A program made the translations under genes and the position numbers. A stretch of 59,552 nucleotides of DNA from Bdellovibrionota bacterium (GTDB lineage: Bacteria > Bdellovibrionota > UBA1018 > CAIPTA01). The stretch covers positions 1 through 59,552 of the forward strand of contig DATBTF010000092.1 in assembly GCA_036559405.1 (NCBI GenBank), written 5' to 3'. A model generated the notes under the pieces. It saw nothing but the letters and a program-made list of their open reading frames with translations. It was not told the DNA's origin and did no database searches. Shown here piece by piece: positions 26,921 through 35,437 of the stretch; position 1 is the stretch's first letter, and each line of letters begins with the position of its first letter.

Positions 26921-27763
26921 ATGGGTAAGAAGAAAAAAAGCAGCGCTAGTGGAGTGGCCGAGGGCTACATCCACGGCTTCACCAAAACCGAGCAGGATCG
27001 CCTCTTTCAGCAAGCCCGCGTGCACGAGGACTATGTCTTCTCGAGCGTAGACCTTTCCGCCTGCAAATCCATTCTGGAGGTCGGTAGCGGCGTGGGCGCG
27101 CAGACACAGATCCTGCTCGAACGTTTTCCCGAAGCGAAAATCCACTGCGTCGACGCCTCCGCGGAACAAGCGGCACGCGCCAAAAGCGCTTTGAAGCAGG
27201 CGGTAGGCGAAGGCCGGGTAAATGTAACTGTGGCTGATGCCCTCCATCTGCCCTTTGGAGAGAATTCCTTCGACGGAGCCTTTCTTTGCTGGTTCCTGGA
27301 GCATGTGCAAAACCCCGTGGGCATTCTGGCGGAGGCGAAGAGAGTTTTGAAACCGGGGGGCGTGATCTATTGCAATGAGGTGTTCAATTCCACCTTCTAT
27401 ATGCACCCCTACTCACCGGCCACACTGAAATACTGGTTCGAATTCAACGACTACCAGTGGTCGCTCAAGGGCGACCCCTTCGTGGGTGGCAAGCTCGCCA
27501 ACTATCTGATGGCGTCGGGCTTCCAGAATATCACCACCAAGGTGATCACCCACCAGTACGACAACCGCATGCCCAAGAAGCGCGCCGCTTTCATCGACTA
27601 CTGGACCGATCTCCTCCTGAGTGGCGCCACTAGCTTGATCGCTGCCAAGCGCGTGACCCCCGAGATCGTGAAGGAGATGCGGGAAGAGTCCGAGCGCCTG
27701 AAAAACGCGCCGGATTCGGTGATCTTTTATTCCTGGATACAAGCGAGAGCGGAAGCTTTCTAG
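26921..27763 (+). CDS. Class I SAM-dependent methyltransferase
   Basis: Motif I ILEVGSGVGAQT. Post-I D (HCVDAS). Motif II-like FDGAFLCWFLEH. LKPGGVIY. Confidence 0.85.
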   Translation: MGKKKKSSASGVAEGYIHGFTKTEQDRLFQQARVHEDYVFSSVDLSACKSILEVGSGVGAQTQILLERFPEAKIHCVDASAEQAARAKSALKQAVGEGRVNVTVADALHLPFGENSFDGAFLCWFLEHVQNPVGILAEAKRVLKPGGVIYCNEVFNSTFYMHPYSPATLKYWFEFNDYQWSLKGDPFVGGKLANYLMASGFQNITTKVITHQYDNRMPKKRAAFIDYWTDLLLSGATSLIAAKRVTPEIVKEMREESERLKNAPDSVIFYSWIQARAEAF

Positions 27764-28257
27764 GCCGCAATCTCGAGCGCCCTTCCGTAAGTTCCGATGA
27801 TACTGACCTTACCCAGGATTCCACCTTCCATCGCCTTCAGAAGATGCTCTTTCATCGGCCGCACCGGCAGCTTCAGCCAACGCGAGAGCGCGAACAGCTG
27901 GAAATAGTAGCGGTGCATGCCGCTGCCCTCCGGAGGCGAAGGCCCGTGGTAGCCGGGCCGCCCGAAAGAGTTCAGCCCCTGCTCCACCTTCACATGGTTG
28001 TCGACTGACCACTCCTTCGGCAAGCCTTCGGGCAGCATCCCGGCGTCCGGCGGAATATTGAAAGCAATCCAATGTACGAAAGGATAATCGCGGCCAGGCC
28101 GCCGGGGCGCGTCGGGGTCTTCGCAAATCAGTGCCAGGGACTGGCATCCAAGGGGAAGATCCGCCCAGAGGATGGGGGGCGAGATGTCCTCACCATCCGC
28201 GGTAAAGCGAAGTGGGATGGTTTCGATGTGTTGGAAAGCCGTGCTCGTGATCTGCAT
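27760..28257 (-). CDS. YbhB/YbcL-family PEBP (Raf-kinase-inhibitor-like) protein
   Basis: DPDAP and GPSPPEGSGMHRYYFQLFAL blocks typical of bacterial PEBP. ATG at 28257 (SD GAAAGGGG) is preferred to 28278. The stop overlaps the methyltransferase stop within CTAG. Confidence 0.85.
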   Translation of the reverse strand: MQITSTAFQHIETIPLRFTADGEDISPPILWADLPLGCQSLALICEDPDAPRRPGRDYPFVHWIAFNIPPDAGMLPEGLPKEWSVDNHVKVEQGLNSFGRPGYHGPSPPEGSGMHRYYFQLFALSRWLKLPVRPMKEHLLKAMEGGILGKVSIIGTYGRALEIAA

Positions 28258-28538
28258 AGTGCCCCTTTCGCCTGGCATTTCAACTTAGGGAAACGGAGCA
28301 ACGCCCGCACCATATATAAGGAGGCTGGGACGAATCGCCACATCTGGGGATTTCTTGTGTGAAACGGCGCCATCGTGCGATTTGTTTTTCTCCGTCTTCT
28401 CACCCCGTCTCCCGCCGGAGAGTCTCTCCAGGGGCGCAATGGTGAGCTTCGCCGCCAAGGCGTATCCTGGATCTATGTGCCGCTGCGCCGTGATCTTTCA
28501 TGGCCCGGGCCTGTGGAACGTCTTGTGGGGGGGGATCT

Positions 28539-29240
28539 ATGAACTACCAATCGCGCATTTCGCTTTTTGTATTAAGCGGGATTCTCGCCCTTGGCGTAAG
28601 CGCCAGAGCGGAAGGCGAAAAGAAACATCCGTCTAATGGTGGTGGCTTCTTTGGTGGTGGCAATGCTGAAGCCAAGAAAAAAGAGGAGCCAAAGGCGGAG
28701 GCGGGCGTGGCCGTGGGTGAGCCGAATCCTGGCGCTCCGAAAGCCGAAGAAAAGCGCGAAGAGCATGCAAAGGGAGAAACGCATGCTAAGGGCGGTGTGC
28801 ATGGCAAGGGCCATCACGGTCACCATCACCTGCCCTTCCAGTTCAACCACCGCATTGAGATGATGGAGAAGTTCCTCGAACGCCGCCATGCCAAAGGAAA
28901 GATAAGCGACGAGGCCTATAGCGCCGCAAAGGCGAAGATAGAGGCCATGAAAGCGAAGTACGCCGCGAAAGCAGCCAGCGTGAAGTCGGTGGGCGAACTC
29001 AATAAAGAGATCAATGTGGTGAAGATGGAAGTCGCCGAGCATGCTGCCGGGGGGGCACAGAATATCGTCGTGGGTGACGAGCGCCCGGCGGCCGCGAACC
29101 CGGAAGAGAAGCCTCTGGTGGATCCCTCTACTGCCATCAACAAGCCCGTGGATCGCCCTGTCGTGGTCACGCTTCCGGCCGTGACGGGCGCTCCGAAAAC
29201 GGCGGAGGATGGCCCGCCCACAACCTCTCCGGCCTTCTAA
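28539..29240 (+). CDS. Secreted Lys/Glu/Ala-rich protein with a His cluster (GKGHHGHHH)
   Basis: Signal peptide MNYQSRISLFVLSGILALGVSARA. Charged low-complexity stretch, His-rich patch, Ala/Lys helical segment, Pro-rich tail. No family recognised. Confidence 0.6.
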   Translation: MNYQSRISLFVLSGILALGVSARAEGEKKHPSNGGGFFGGGNAEAKKKEEPKAEAGVAVGEPNPGAPKAEEKREEHAKGETHAKGGVHGKGHHGHHHLPFQFNHRIEMMEKFLERRHAKGKISDEAYSAAKAKIEAMKAKYAAKAASVKSVGELNKEINVVKMEVAEHAAGGAQNIVVGDERPAAANPEEKPLVDPSTAINKPVDRPVVVTLPAVTGAPKTAEDGPPTTSPAF

Positions 29241-29252
29241 CGGCCGGAGAGG
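29224..29252 (+). terminator. 11-bp-stem hairpin spanning the stop codon of 28539-29240 (CCTCTCCGGCC-TTCTAAC-GGCCGGAGAGG)
   Basis: Perfect stem read directly. No T-tract follows, so terminator or attenuator function is uncertain. Confidence 0.35.
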
Positions 29253-29368
29253 TGTTGGCATAGAGGTCTTTCCGTTAAGTATTTGAAAGTAATGTGGATT
29301 TTATCAGCGATGGACCCATGCCGGACTGAAGAAATCGGGTTAAATCGCCGATAAGAATCCGGGGGAGT

Positions 29369-30847
29369 ATGAGGCTCATTTTCGTAACTGGAATTCTTTT
29401 GGGACTGCTGGTTTGCGTTCTGCAAAGCCAGGCGGGTTCGAATGTTCGTGTTGTGACAAACGGCAAGCCGACCCCTGCGCCTGCGCCCTTCCCCACGCCC
29501 AATACCACCTTCACAAGCGCTACCTTCCAAGGCAGCCCTAACGATAGAAGCGGCACTAGCAATACCTCCTACAGCAGTAAGCGAGCTTCGGCCCAGCGTA
29601 CGATAGATGCACAGAGCCTCCAGCAGCTGAAGGACACGCTCAGTGGCAAATCCTGGTCCGCTCCCGCTCCTTCCCCTGCTCCCAAATCCGTAGAGGCTCC
29701 CAAAGCCGCGGCGGCGCCAAAACCGGCGCCCGCTCCTGCATCCGCTCCCCAAGCAGCAGAGGCTCCCAAAGCGGCCCCGGCCGCCGCTGCCGCGGAAGAG
29801 AGAGAAGAGAAGCAGGCGGAACGTAACCTCCCTTCCACAGCCTCACAAGCCGCCCGCGAAGCCACGGGCCGGGAAATCAGCACGAGCTCGCTTTCTCCCA
29901 ATTCGGAATCTACCCGGCAGATAAACACTGAATCCGTGGCGGAACGCGTGGCCCGCCTCGACCGCGATGGTTCCGACAACTTCCACAAAGGCGCGATGGG
30001 CGTGGCCAAAGGGATTACCAAACTCTCGGAGGCCGGCCAGGAGCAAGCCGCCAGCGGTGGCGCCAATCTGGAGGTCGCCGCCGTTCACGATGACGCCATC
30101 AAGCAGATCAGCGAAGGCAGCCAGCAACTCGAAGCCGGCCGCGCCGCCGTGACCAAGGCGAACGAGATCAAAGCCCAGCAGAACAACCTGGCCAGCATTG
30201 GTGTAGGAACAACCTTCAAAGCCAACAATCTGAAGTTTGATGCCGCCAAGGCCTCAGGTGAAACCAAAAGCGCGCTGGACGATCTGGAAAAGATCGCGGG
30301 GGTTTCGGCTTCCGCCTTGGCAGAGGCCGTGAACCAAGGGGGCAGCGACGCCATCGCGGAGCTCGCCACTACGGCGAAAGATGTCACGGATACCAAGGAA
30401 GAAGTGGTGGCGAAAATGTCGGACTTCCCTGTCTCCGGCGGCCTCTTCGCCTCTTCCGCCGCGCCTTCTCGCATCGTGGGGAGCGAGTCGTCCTTCAAAC
30501 CGCAGTGGATCGAAACTCCGAGAGGCGCAACGGCGGTAATCAAAGCAACGGAAAATCGCGCTCCGGCTTCCACGGGAGGATTGCCGGTTCCGGAGCAGGC
30601 CGGGGTGCGGGCCCCGCCGGTTTGGGCGAAGGCCAACGGGCTCGACTCCTACAATGGCAGCTTGCAGCCGCTCGTGCGTGAACAGCTTTTCGAAACGCTC
30701 GATGAGAAAAACAAAGCCAGCCGTGACGAGGCCGGAGAGACAATCGATACGCTCTTCCGCCGCGTGAAAAGGCAATATACGAAACGCCATGAGGAGATGG
30801 CCGACGCCGAAGCGCGGCCGGCGCCACTGGGAACTGGCGCTCAGTGA
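29369..30847 (+). CDS. Secreted Pro/Ala-rich protein, tandem paralog A (unknown family)
   Basis: Signal peptide MRLIFVTGILLGLLVCVLQSQA. P/A-rich spacer. The conserved core and C-terminal motif are shared with the next two genes. SD GGGGGAG. Confidence 0.75.
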   Translation: MRLIFVTGILLGLLVCVLQSQAGSNVRVVTNGKPTPAPAPFPTPNTTFTSATFQGSPNDRSGTSNTSYSSKRASAQRTIDAQSLQQLKDTLSGKSWSAPAPSPAPKSVEAPKAAAAPKPAPAPASAPQAAEAPKAAPAAAAAEEREEKQAERNLPSTASQAAREATGREISTSSLSPNSESTRQINTESVAERVARLDRDGSDNFHKGAMGVAKGITKLSEAGQEQAASGGANLEVAAVHDDAIKQISEGSQQLEAGRAAVTKANEIKAQQNNLASIGVGTTFKANNLKFDAAKASGETKSALDDLEKIAGVSASALAEAVNQGGSDAIAELATTAKDVTDTKEEVVAKMSDFPVSGGLFASSAAPSRIVGSESSFKPQWIETPRGATAVIKATENRAPASTGGLPVPEQAGVRAPPVWAKANGLDSYNGSLQPLVREQLFETLDEKNKASRDEAGETIDTLFRRVKRQYTKRHEEMADAEARPAPLGTGAQ

Positions 30848-30866
30848 AGAAAGGCAGAGGTGGCAA

Positions 30867-32333
30867 ATGCGGATCCTGAATTTTAGATTGGTAGCTGCGT
30901 CGCTGGCGCTTTTGCTGTGCGGGAACGCGGCCTTTGCGGGATCATTCCCCGGTACCACTCCCACGACCGACTTCCGAGGCCTACCTAACAATCCTGCACC
31001 GGCCCCGACCCCGGCTACTGTGTACCCGGGCACGGCGACCATCAATCCCGCGGACCCCTTGGCCGCCCAGCAACTTTTGAATCTGCTGAATGGCACCGGT
31101 CAGACAGCGGTGACTACACCAATTGGTATTCCGATCACCACCAGCGCACCCGGTCAGGTTCCGAATTGGACTTTTTTGCCGGCCACGGCACCCGCTCCGA
31201 CCGCCTCTACACCGGTTTTCAATCCTGTAACAGCTCTTGGCTCATTCCTCCCGGTGCCTGTGCCGGGTTCAGGCAATGGTACTGCCCCCACGCCGGCACC
31301 AGCTTCGAATCCCACCTCCACGGTAGCCGAAGAACGGGCTGTATCCAGGAATGTGTCAGAGATGGGTGAATCTCGTGTCACGGAAACAGCCGCCGTGCAG
31401 GCCTCGCGCCTCGATACCGAAGGCACGAAAAACTTTTACGGAGGCGTAGTGGATGTGGCCAGAGGCATCACCAAGCTTTCGCGCGCGGAACAGGGAGAAG
31501 AAACAGAGGAGGAGGGCATGGCCGACCTTGCATCTGTCCGGCCTTCCGCGGCCACCCCTGTTCTTCCTTCCTCCGCTGGGGCGCCAACGTCCGGTCCCGT
31601 ATTGGATGCCGTACGCACTCTGGGAAACGGTGTGCGCCGGCTCGAAACTGGGCGCGCCACCGTGGACCACGCCAATGAAATCATCCGCCGGGAAGCCAGC
31701 GCTGCCAGTATGGGCACCGACTCCGGTCTGAAAACGCACGAACTGGCCTTCGATCGTGAAAAACTGAACGAGAGTGACAACCAGGTGCTCAACCAGATGG
31801 AGGAAACCGCGGGAGTGCCCGTTTCCGCCCTCGTAAATGCCGTGAACAAGGGAGCCAGCGGCTGGGATCTCTACGAGCTGGCGTCTTCGGCCAAAGGAGT
31901 GAATCTTTCCACTGCTGATATCGCAGCCAATGTCCCGGCCGTGCCTTCCAGTCCCTTGCTCGCGAAGCCCCTCTCCCCGACGCAGTCCGGGGTTGATGGC
32001 ATGGACGCGGGAGCCAAGTCGGTACTCGGAAGTGTGACGCCTGCGCAGGCGCAAAAGGCCGACAAACGCGACATGGCTTCCACTTTGAACAAGGCTTCGA
32101 CCCTGCCCGCCGACAACCGGAACGCCGCACCCGCCTGGGCAAGGGCCGGGCTCGATTCGAACAACGGCAGCCTCGCCCCGATCCCGCGGGACCAGCTGTT
32201 CGCCTCTTTCGATTCACAGGGAAGCCGCGATGGAAGTGGCGAGCCGATCGACTCGCTCTTCTCGCGCGTGCGCAAACAATTAGCCAAGCGCCAAGAGGAA
32301 CTGGGCACTTCAGAGGCGCGGAACGCCCGCTAG
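30867..32333 (+). CDS. Secreted Pro/Ala-rich protein, tandem paralog B (unknown family)
   Basis: ATG at 30867 gives signal peptide MRILNFRLVAASLALLLCGNAAFA (the ORF-track start at 30789 overlaps paralog A). Same architecture as A and C. Confidence 0.75.
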   Translation: MRILNFRLVAASLALLLCGNAAFAGSFPGTTPTTDFRGLPNNPAPAPTPATVYPGTATINPADPLAAQQLLNLLNGTGQTAVTTPIGIPITTSAPGQVPNWTFLPATAPAPTASTPVFNPVTALGSFLPVPVPGSGNGTAPTPAPASNPTSTVAEERAVSRNVSEMGESRVTETAAVQASRLDTEGTKNFYGGVVDVARGITKLSRAEQGEETEEEGMADLASVRPSAATPVLPSSAGAPTSGPVLDAVRTLGNGVRRLETGRATVDHANEIIRREASAASMGTDSGLKTHELAFDREKLNESDNQVLNQMEETAGVPVSALVNAVNKGASGWDLYELASSAKGVNLSTADIAANVPAVPSSPLLAKPLSPTQSGVDGMDAGAKSVLGSVTPAQAQKADKRDMASTLNKASTLPADNRNAAPAWARAGLDSNNGSLAPIPRDQLFASFDSQGSRDGSGEPIDSLFSRVRKQLAKRQEELGTSEARNAR

Positions 32334-32346
32334 GTTTTGGGGGAGT

Positions 32347-33810
32347 ATGAGATTTTTGTCGCTCGCAACCTGCACCTTGGCCATCCTTTGGATGGAAGGC
32401 GCCTTCGCGGGCACTACGGCGCCTAAGACTGCCCCTGCCCCTGCGCCTGTCCCGACAAGCGGCATATTGGGAGGCGGCCAGACCGGTGGACTGGGGACCA
32501 GCAGCACCAATAGTCCTTTCGGCAATATTAGTCCGACGCCCCTACCAACGCCTACTACCGCTCCGGCCCCGCGTCCCGCGCCACGCCCGGATCCCAAACC
32601 CAGGCCCAAGCCGAGTCCGGCGCCGGCGCCGGTGCCTCCATTAGTTTCGGCTCCCACAAGGCCGCCTGTTTCTCCCAGCCCCACAACGCCTTCGCCTGGG
32701 AATACACCCACCACGGGCTCGCCTTCGATCACTCCGTCGGCCGGTCCTGCGCCCGGCCCAGGCCCATCCCCCTCCGTGGGCACCAACGACCAATCGGGTG
32801 AGAGCGTAACTCATCCGCCTTCCCCAGTGGCCAATCCCTTTCCCACTCCTTCGCCCAACGCGATGAATTCGGAACGCGCTGATCGACCGGAAGGCGATAC
32901 TACGGCGCTACCCGAAACCTTCGTTCCCACCACCGGCATCAACGCCGCCCAAGCCGCGGCGGAGCTGGGCAACGAAGGCTCCTCTGCCTTTCACCAGGGT
33001 GTGCTCGAGCTGGCCGCCGGGATTACGCGTCTTTCCCGGGCCGACCAGACCCATGTTCCCGAGATGCATAGCGAGGCGATCCAATATCTTGGCTCCGGCA
33101 ACCAGAATGTCGAAGCCGGCCGCGTGGCCGTGGACCAGGCGAACGAGATCATCAGCGCGGAAAACCGGATCGCCAGCGTGGGCGTCGATACGGGACTCGA
33201 AACCCACGAACTCACCTTCGACGCCAGAAACCTCACGGAAGAAGGCCGCAGCACTCTCGAGCAGATGGAGACCCAGGCCGGAGTTCCCGTTTCGAGCCTC
33301 GTGAGCGCTGTGAACAACGGAGGAAGGATCGACAGCTTCGTGGAACTCGCCACCAGCGCCAAGGGGGTGACGACCACCAAGGAGCAGATCCTGTCGGAAA
33401 TGTCAGACCTGCCGCCGCCGGTGCCCTCCAAGCTCTTCGCTTTGCTCGCGCAGTTCGGAAAAGCGCCGGGGACGCTTTTCGGCAACAAGCTTCAGGATCC
33501 GGCCAAGCTGCCGGCTGACGCGAAGATCATCCCCCTGAAGTTCGAAGACCACCGCAGGCCGGCGCTGGCCGCCCTCGCCGCCGCGAACGGCGCCAAAGGC
33601 AACAGCTTGCGGAACGGCCCTCCGGAATGGGTGAAAGCCGGCGGCAAGCTGCAGCCTCTCGGAAGCGAACAGTTTTTCGGCTCGATCGGCGCGGCCCAGG
33701 CCAGCCGCGATGAATTCGGTGACGCTTCGGAAACTCTTTTTACCCGCGTGCGCCGCCAGCATGCCAAGCGCCAGGATGAGCTGCGTAGCAAGTCCGTCGG
33801 CGCACACTAG
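32347..33810 (+). CDS. Secreted Pro-rich protein, tandem paralog C (unknown family)
   Basis: Signal peptide MRFLSLATCTLAILWMEGAFA. Very Pro-rich ~160-aa spacer. Conserved core and C-terminal motif. Initiation region GGGGGAGTATGAG is identical to paralog A. Confidence 0.75.
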   Translation: MRFLSLATCTLAILWMEGAFAGTTAPKTAPAPAPVPTSGILGGGQTGGLGTSSTNSPFGNISPTPLPTPTTAPAPRPAPRPDPKPRPKPSPAPAPVPPLVSAPTRPPVSPSPTTPSPGNTPTTGSPSITPSAGPAPGPGPSPSVGTNDQSGESVTHPPSPVANPFPTPSPNAMNSERADRPEGDTTALPETFVPTTGINAAQAAAELGNEGSSAFHQGVLELAAGITRLSRADQTHVPEMHSEAIQYLGSGNQNVEAGRVAVDQANEIISAENRIASVGVDTGLETHELTFDARNLTEEGRSTLEQMETQAGVPVSSLVSAVNNGGRIDSFVELATSAKGVTTTKEQILSEMSDLPPPVPSKLFALLAQFGKAPGTLFGNKLQDPAKLPADAKIIPLKFEDHRRPALAALAAANGAKGNSLRNGPPEWVKAGGKLQPLGSEQFFGSIGAAQASRDEFGDASETLFTRVRRQHAKRQDELRSKSVGAH

Positions 33811-34233
33811 TCAGACGTCCCAGCTCCCTTTCGAACGGCTGCGTTTCTTATCTCCGTGTTGGCGCTTCTTCTCTTTCCTGCGCTCCTTCGCAGCCCGGCT
33901 CGGCTTGGTTTTCTTCCGCGGCTTGGGCGGATGCAATACCGACAATAAAATCGCGCGCAGTTTTTCCAGGCAATCTTCCTGGTTGCGCAGGCGATCGCGA
34001 AACCGGTCACTGACGATCAGCAGCTCGCCTTCCACGGTAAGCTGCGAGCCATAGCGCTGTAGAAAACGTTCGCGCATACCCGCGGGCAAGGTCATATTGC
34101 GCGCAAAATCCCAGCGCAGAAGCGCCTTGGAGTTCACCTTATTGACGTTCTGCCCTCCGGGACCGCCGCTCCGGGCGAAGGAAAACTGCAGCTCCGCGCT
34201 GGGGATCACAACCTCGGGAGTCAGAAGGAGCAA
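33811..34233 (-). CDS. arfB: Alternative ribosome-rescue factor ArfB (peptidyl-tRNA hydrolase, GGQ)
   Basis: 140 aa. GGPGGQNVNKVNSKA GGQ block. Basic C-terminal tail KKTKPSRAAKERRKEKKRQHGDKKRSRSKG. Confidence 0.9.
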   Translation of the reverse strand: MLLLTPEVVIPSAELQFSFARSGGPGGQNVNKVNSKALLRWDFARNMTLPAGMRERFLQRYGSQLTVEGELLIVSDRFRDRLRNQEDCLEKLRAILLSVLHPPKPRKKTKPSRAAKERRKEKKRQHGDKKRSRSKGSWDV

Positions 34234-34237
34234 GCCA

Positions 34238-35005
34238 CTACCCTTTACGCGCCATGAAAATGGGCTGGTAATATTCCGTCTGGTTGGCGAACAGCCATTC
34301 GCCGGATTCGAAACCGGTTTTCTCGGCCTCGGTCACGATCTCGCCCCGGGAATAAGCGCGCATTTTTGTGAGCAGCGGCTGGGCTTCCCAGTTCGCGCCC
34401 GTGGGCTTGAGCACGAACAGGCGCAGATCGTAGGAGCGCCCGTCTTCCGACCAGTCCCAGGTCTGAACATAAACGCGCTCTCCCATGGAATCCTTGATGT
34501 GACGGGGAATGGTGCCCGTGGGCCGCTCGTTTTTCAGGGCATCGTAGTCACGCAGGCTGCAAAGGAATACTCCCTTAGGCCGCAGCATGCTCAGGACCGA
34601 CGAAAGCGCGAAGGCGAGGTCGGCCTCGGTGGTCAGGTGCGCCACCGAATTATCGAAAGAAAGCACGGCATCAAAGGGACCCTCGATCCCCTCCAGGCTC
34701 CGCATATCCGCCTCGAAAAACTTCACGGGCAAGCTGAGCCTCGCGGCCTCCGATTTCGCCTTCATGATGGCGCGGGAGGAAATGTCCACGCCCGTCACCT
34801 GATGTCCCAGGCGTGCCAGACCGAACGCCTGTGTGCCCACCCCGCAGGAGCAGTCCAGCACACGGAAGGGGCCATTCCCACCCAAGGCTGTTCGCAGCAG
34901 TTTATCAATGATCTCGCCTTGGCGCTCGCTCGTCATGGGCGACCCGCCGCTAAAAATCAGATGATAGTCCACCGCCATGCGGTCATAGAATTCTTTGGCG
35001 TCCAT
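34238..35005 (-). CDS. Class I SAM-dependent methyltransferase
   Basis: Motif I VLDCSCGVGTQAFGLA. Post-I VTGVDIS. FDAVLSFDNSVAHL. Sits 4 nt upstream of arfB on the same strand. Confidence 0.85.
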   Translation of the reverse strand: MDAKEFYDRMAVDYHLIFSGGSPMTSERQGEIIDKLLRTALGGNGPFRVLDCSCGVGTQAFGLARLGHQVTGVDISSRAIMKAKSEAARLSLPVKFFEADMRSLEGIEGPFDAVLSFDNSVAHLTTEADLAFALSSVLSMLRPKGVFLCSLRDYDALKNERPTGTIPRHIKDSMGERVYVQTWDWSEDGRSYDLRLFVLKPTGANWEAQPLLTKMRAYSRGEIVTEAEKTGFESGEWLFANQTEYYQPIFMARKG

Positions 35006-35056
35006 GGCGACTATCGTCCCATAGCCGGGCGTTCTTCTCGATGTTAAAGTTCCGTT

Positions 35057-35422
35057 ATGAGCAAAGACGCCCGCCTCGTATTCAGCTCGGATCCCGAGCT
35101 CAACAAAAAGTGTCCCAAGTGTAAGGAAATCTTAGCGGCCTGCACTTGCGTCGAAGAAGGCCCCGTCAAGAGCTACAAATTCGTCGCCATTTTGCGGCTG
35201 GAAAAGCAGGGGCGGGGCGGAAAAATCGTGACAGTGATCGACCGTCTGCCCAAGCAGGAACTTTTTCTGAAGGACCTCACGAGCGAGCTGAAGAAAAAAT
35301 GCGGCACGGGTGGCACCTATCTTACGGATGGCAAAGACGGCGTGATCGAGATCCAAGGCGACCAGCGCGAGAAAATCCGCGCGCTCCTCAGCGCCAAGGG
35401 AATCACCGTCAAGGGAATGTAG
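35057..35422 (+). CDS. yciH: SUI1/eIF1-family translation initiation factor YciH
   Basis: 121 aa. N-terminal CPKC..C.C zinc-ribbon-like Cys residues, then the SUI1 core RLEKQGRGGKIVTVI...LKKKCGTGGT...IEIQGD. Confidence 0.85.
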   Translation: MSKDARLVFSSDPELNKKCPKCKEILAACTCVEEGPVKSYKFVAILRLEKQGRGGKIVTVIDRLPKQELFLKDLTSELKKKCGTGGTYLTDGKDGVIEIQGDQREKIRALLSAKGITVKGM

Positions 35423-35437
35423 TCATGCTCTTGCGCA

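Noticed and set aside
25417-26922. 501-aa minus-strand ORF covering the lipoprotein gene 25501-26916
   Set aside because: Antisense shadow ORF. Its composition (V/G/A/H/R-rich, no signal or motifs) and complete overlap with a better-supported lipobox-bearing plus-strand gene argue against it.
28355-28636. 93-aa plus ORF in the 28279-28538 intergenic region running into the 28539 gene
   Set aside because: It is out of frame with, and overlapping, the signal-peptide gene. It is Cys/Arg-rich with no SD. The region is more likely a divergent promoter.
29435-29443. GGTTCGAAT (tRNA T-arm-like string), considered as a tRNA fragment
   Set aside because: It lies inside the paralog A coding frame (..AGSNVRVV..). 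There is no acceptor or anticodon stem context around it.
29590-29800. Short direct DNA repeats (for example AGAGGCTCCCAAAGC twice, 66 nt apart), and similar Pro-codon periodicity at about 32440-32800, considered as tandem repeat or CRISPR-like
   Set aside because: They are in-frame low-complexity coding sequence (EAPKAA / P-x-P tracts) of the paralog genes. There is no repeat-spacer regularity.
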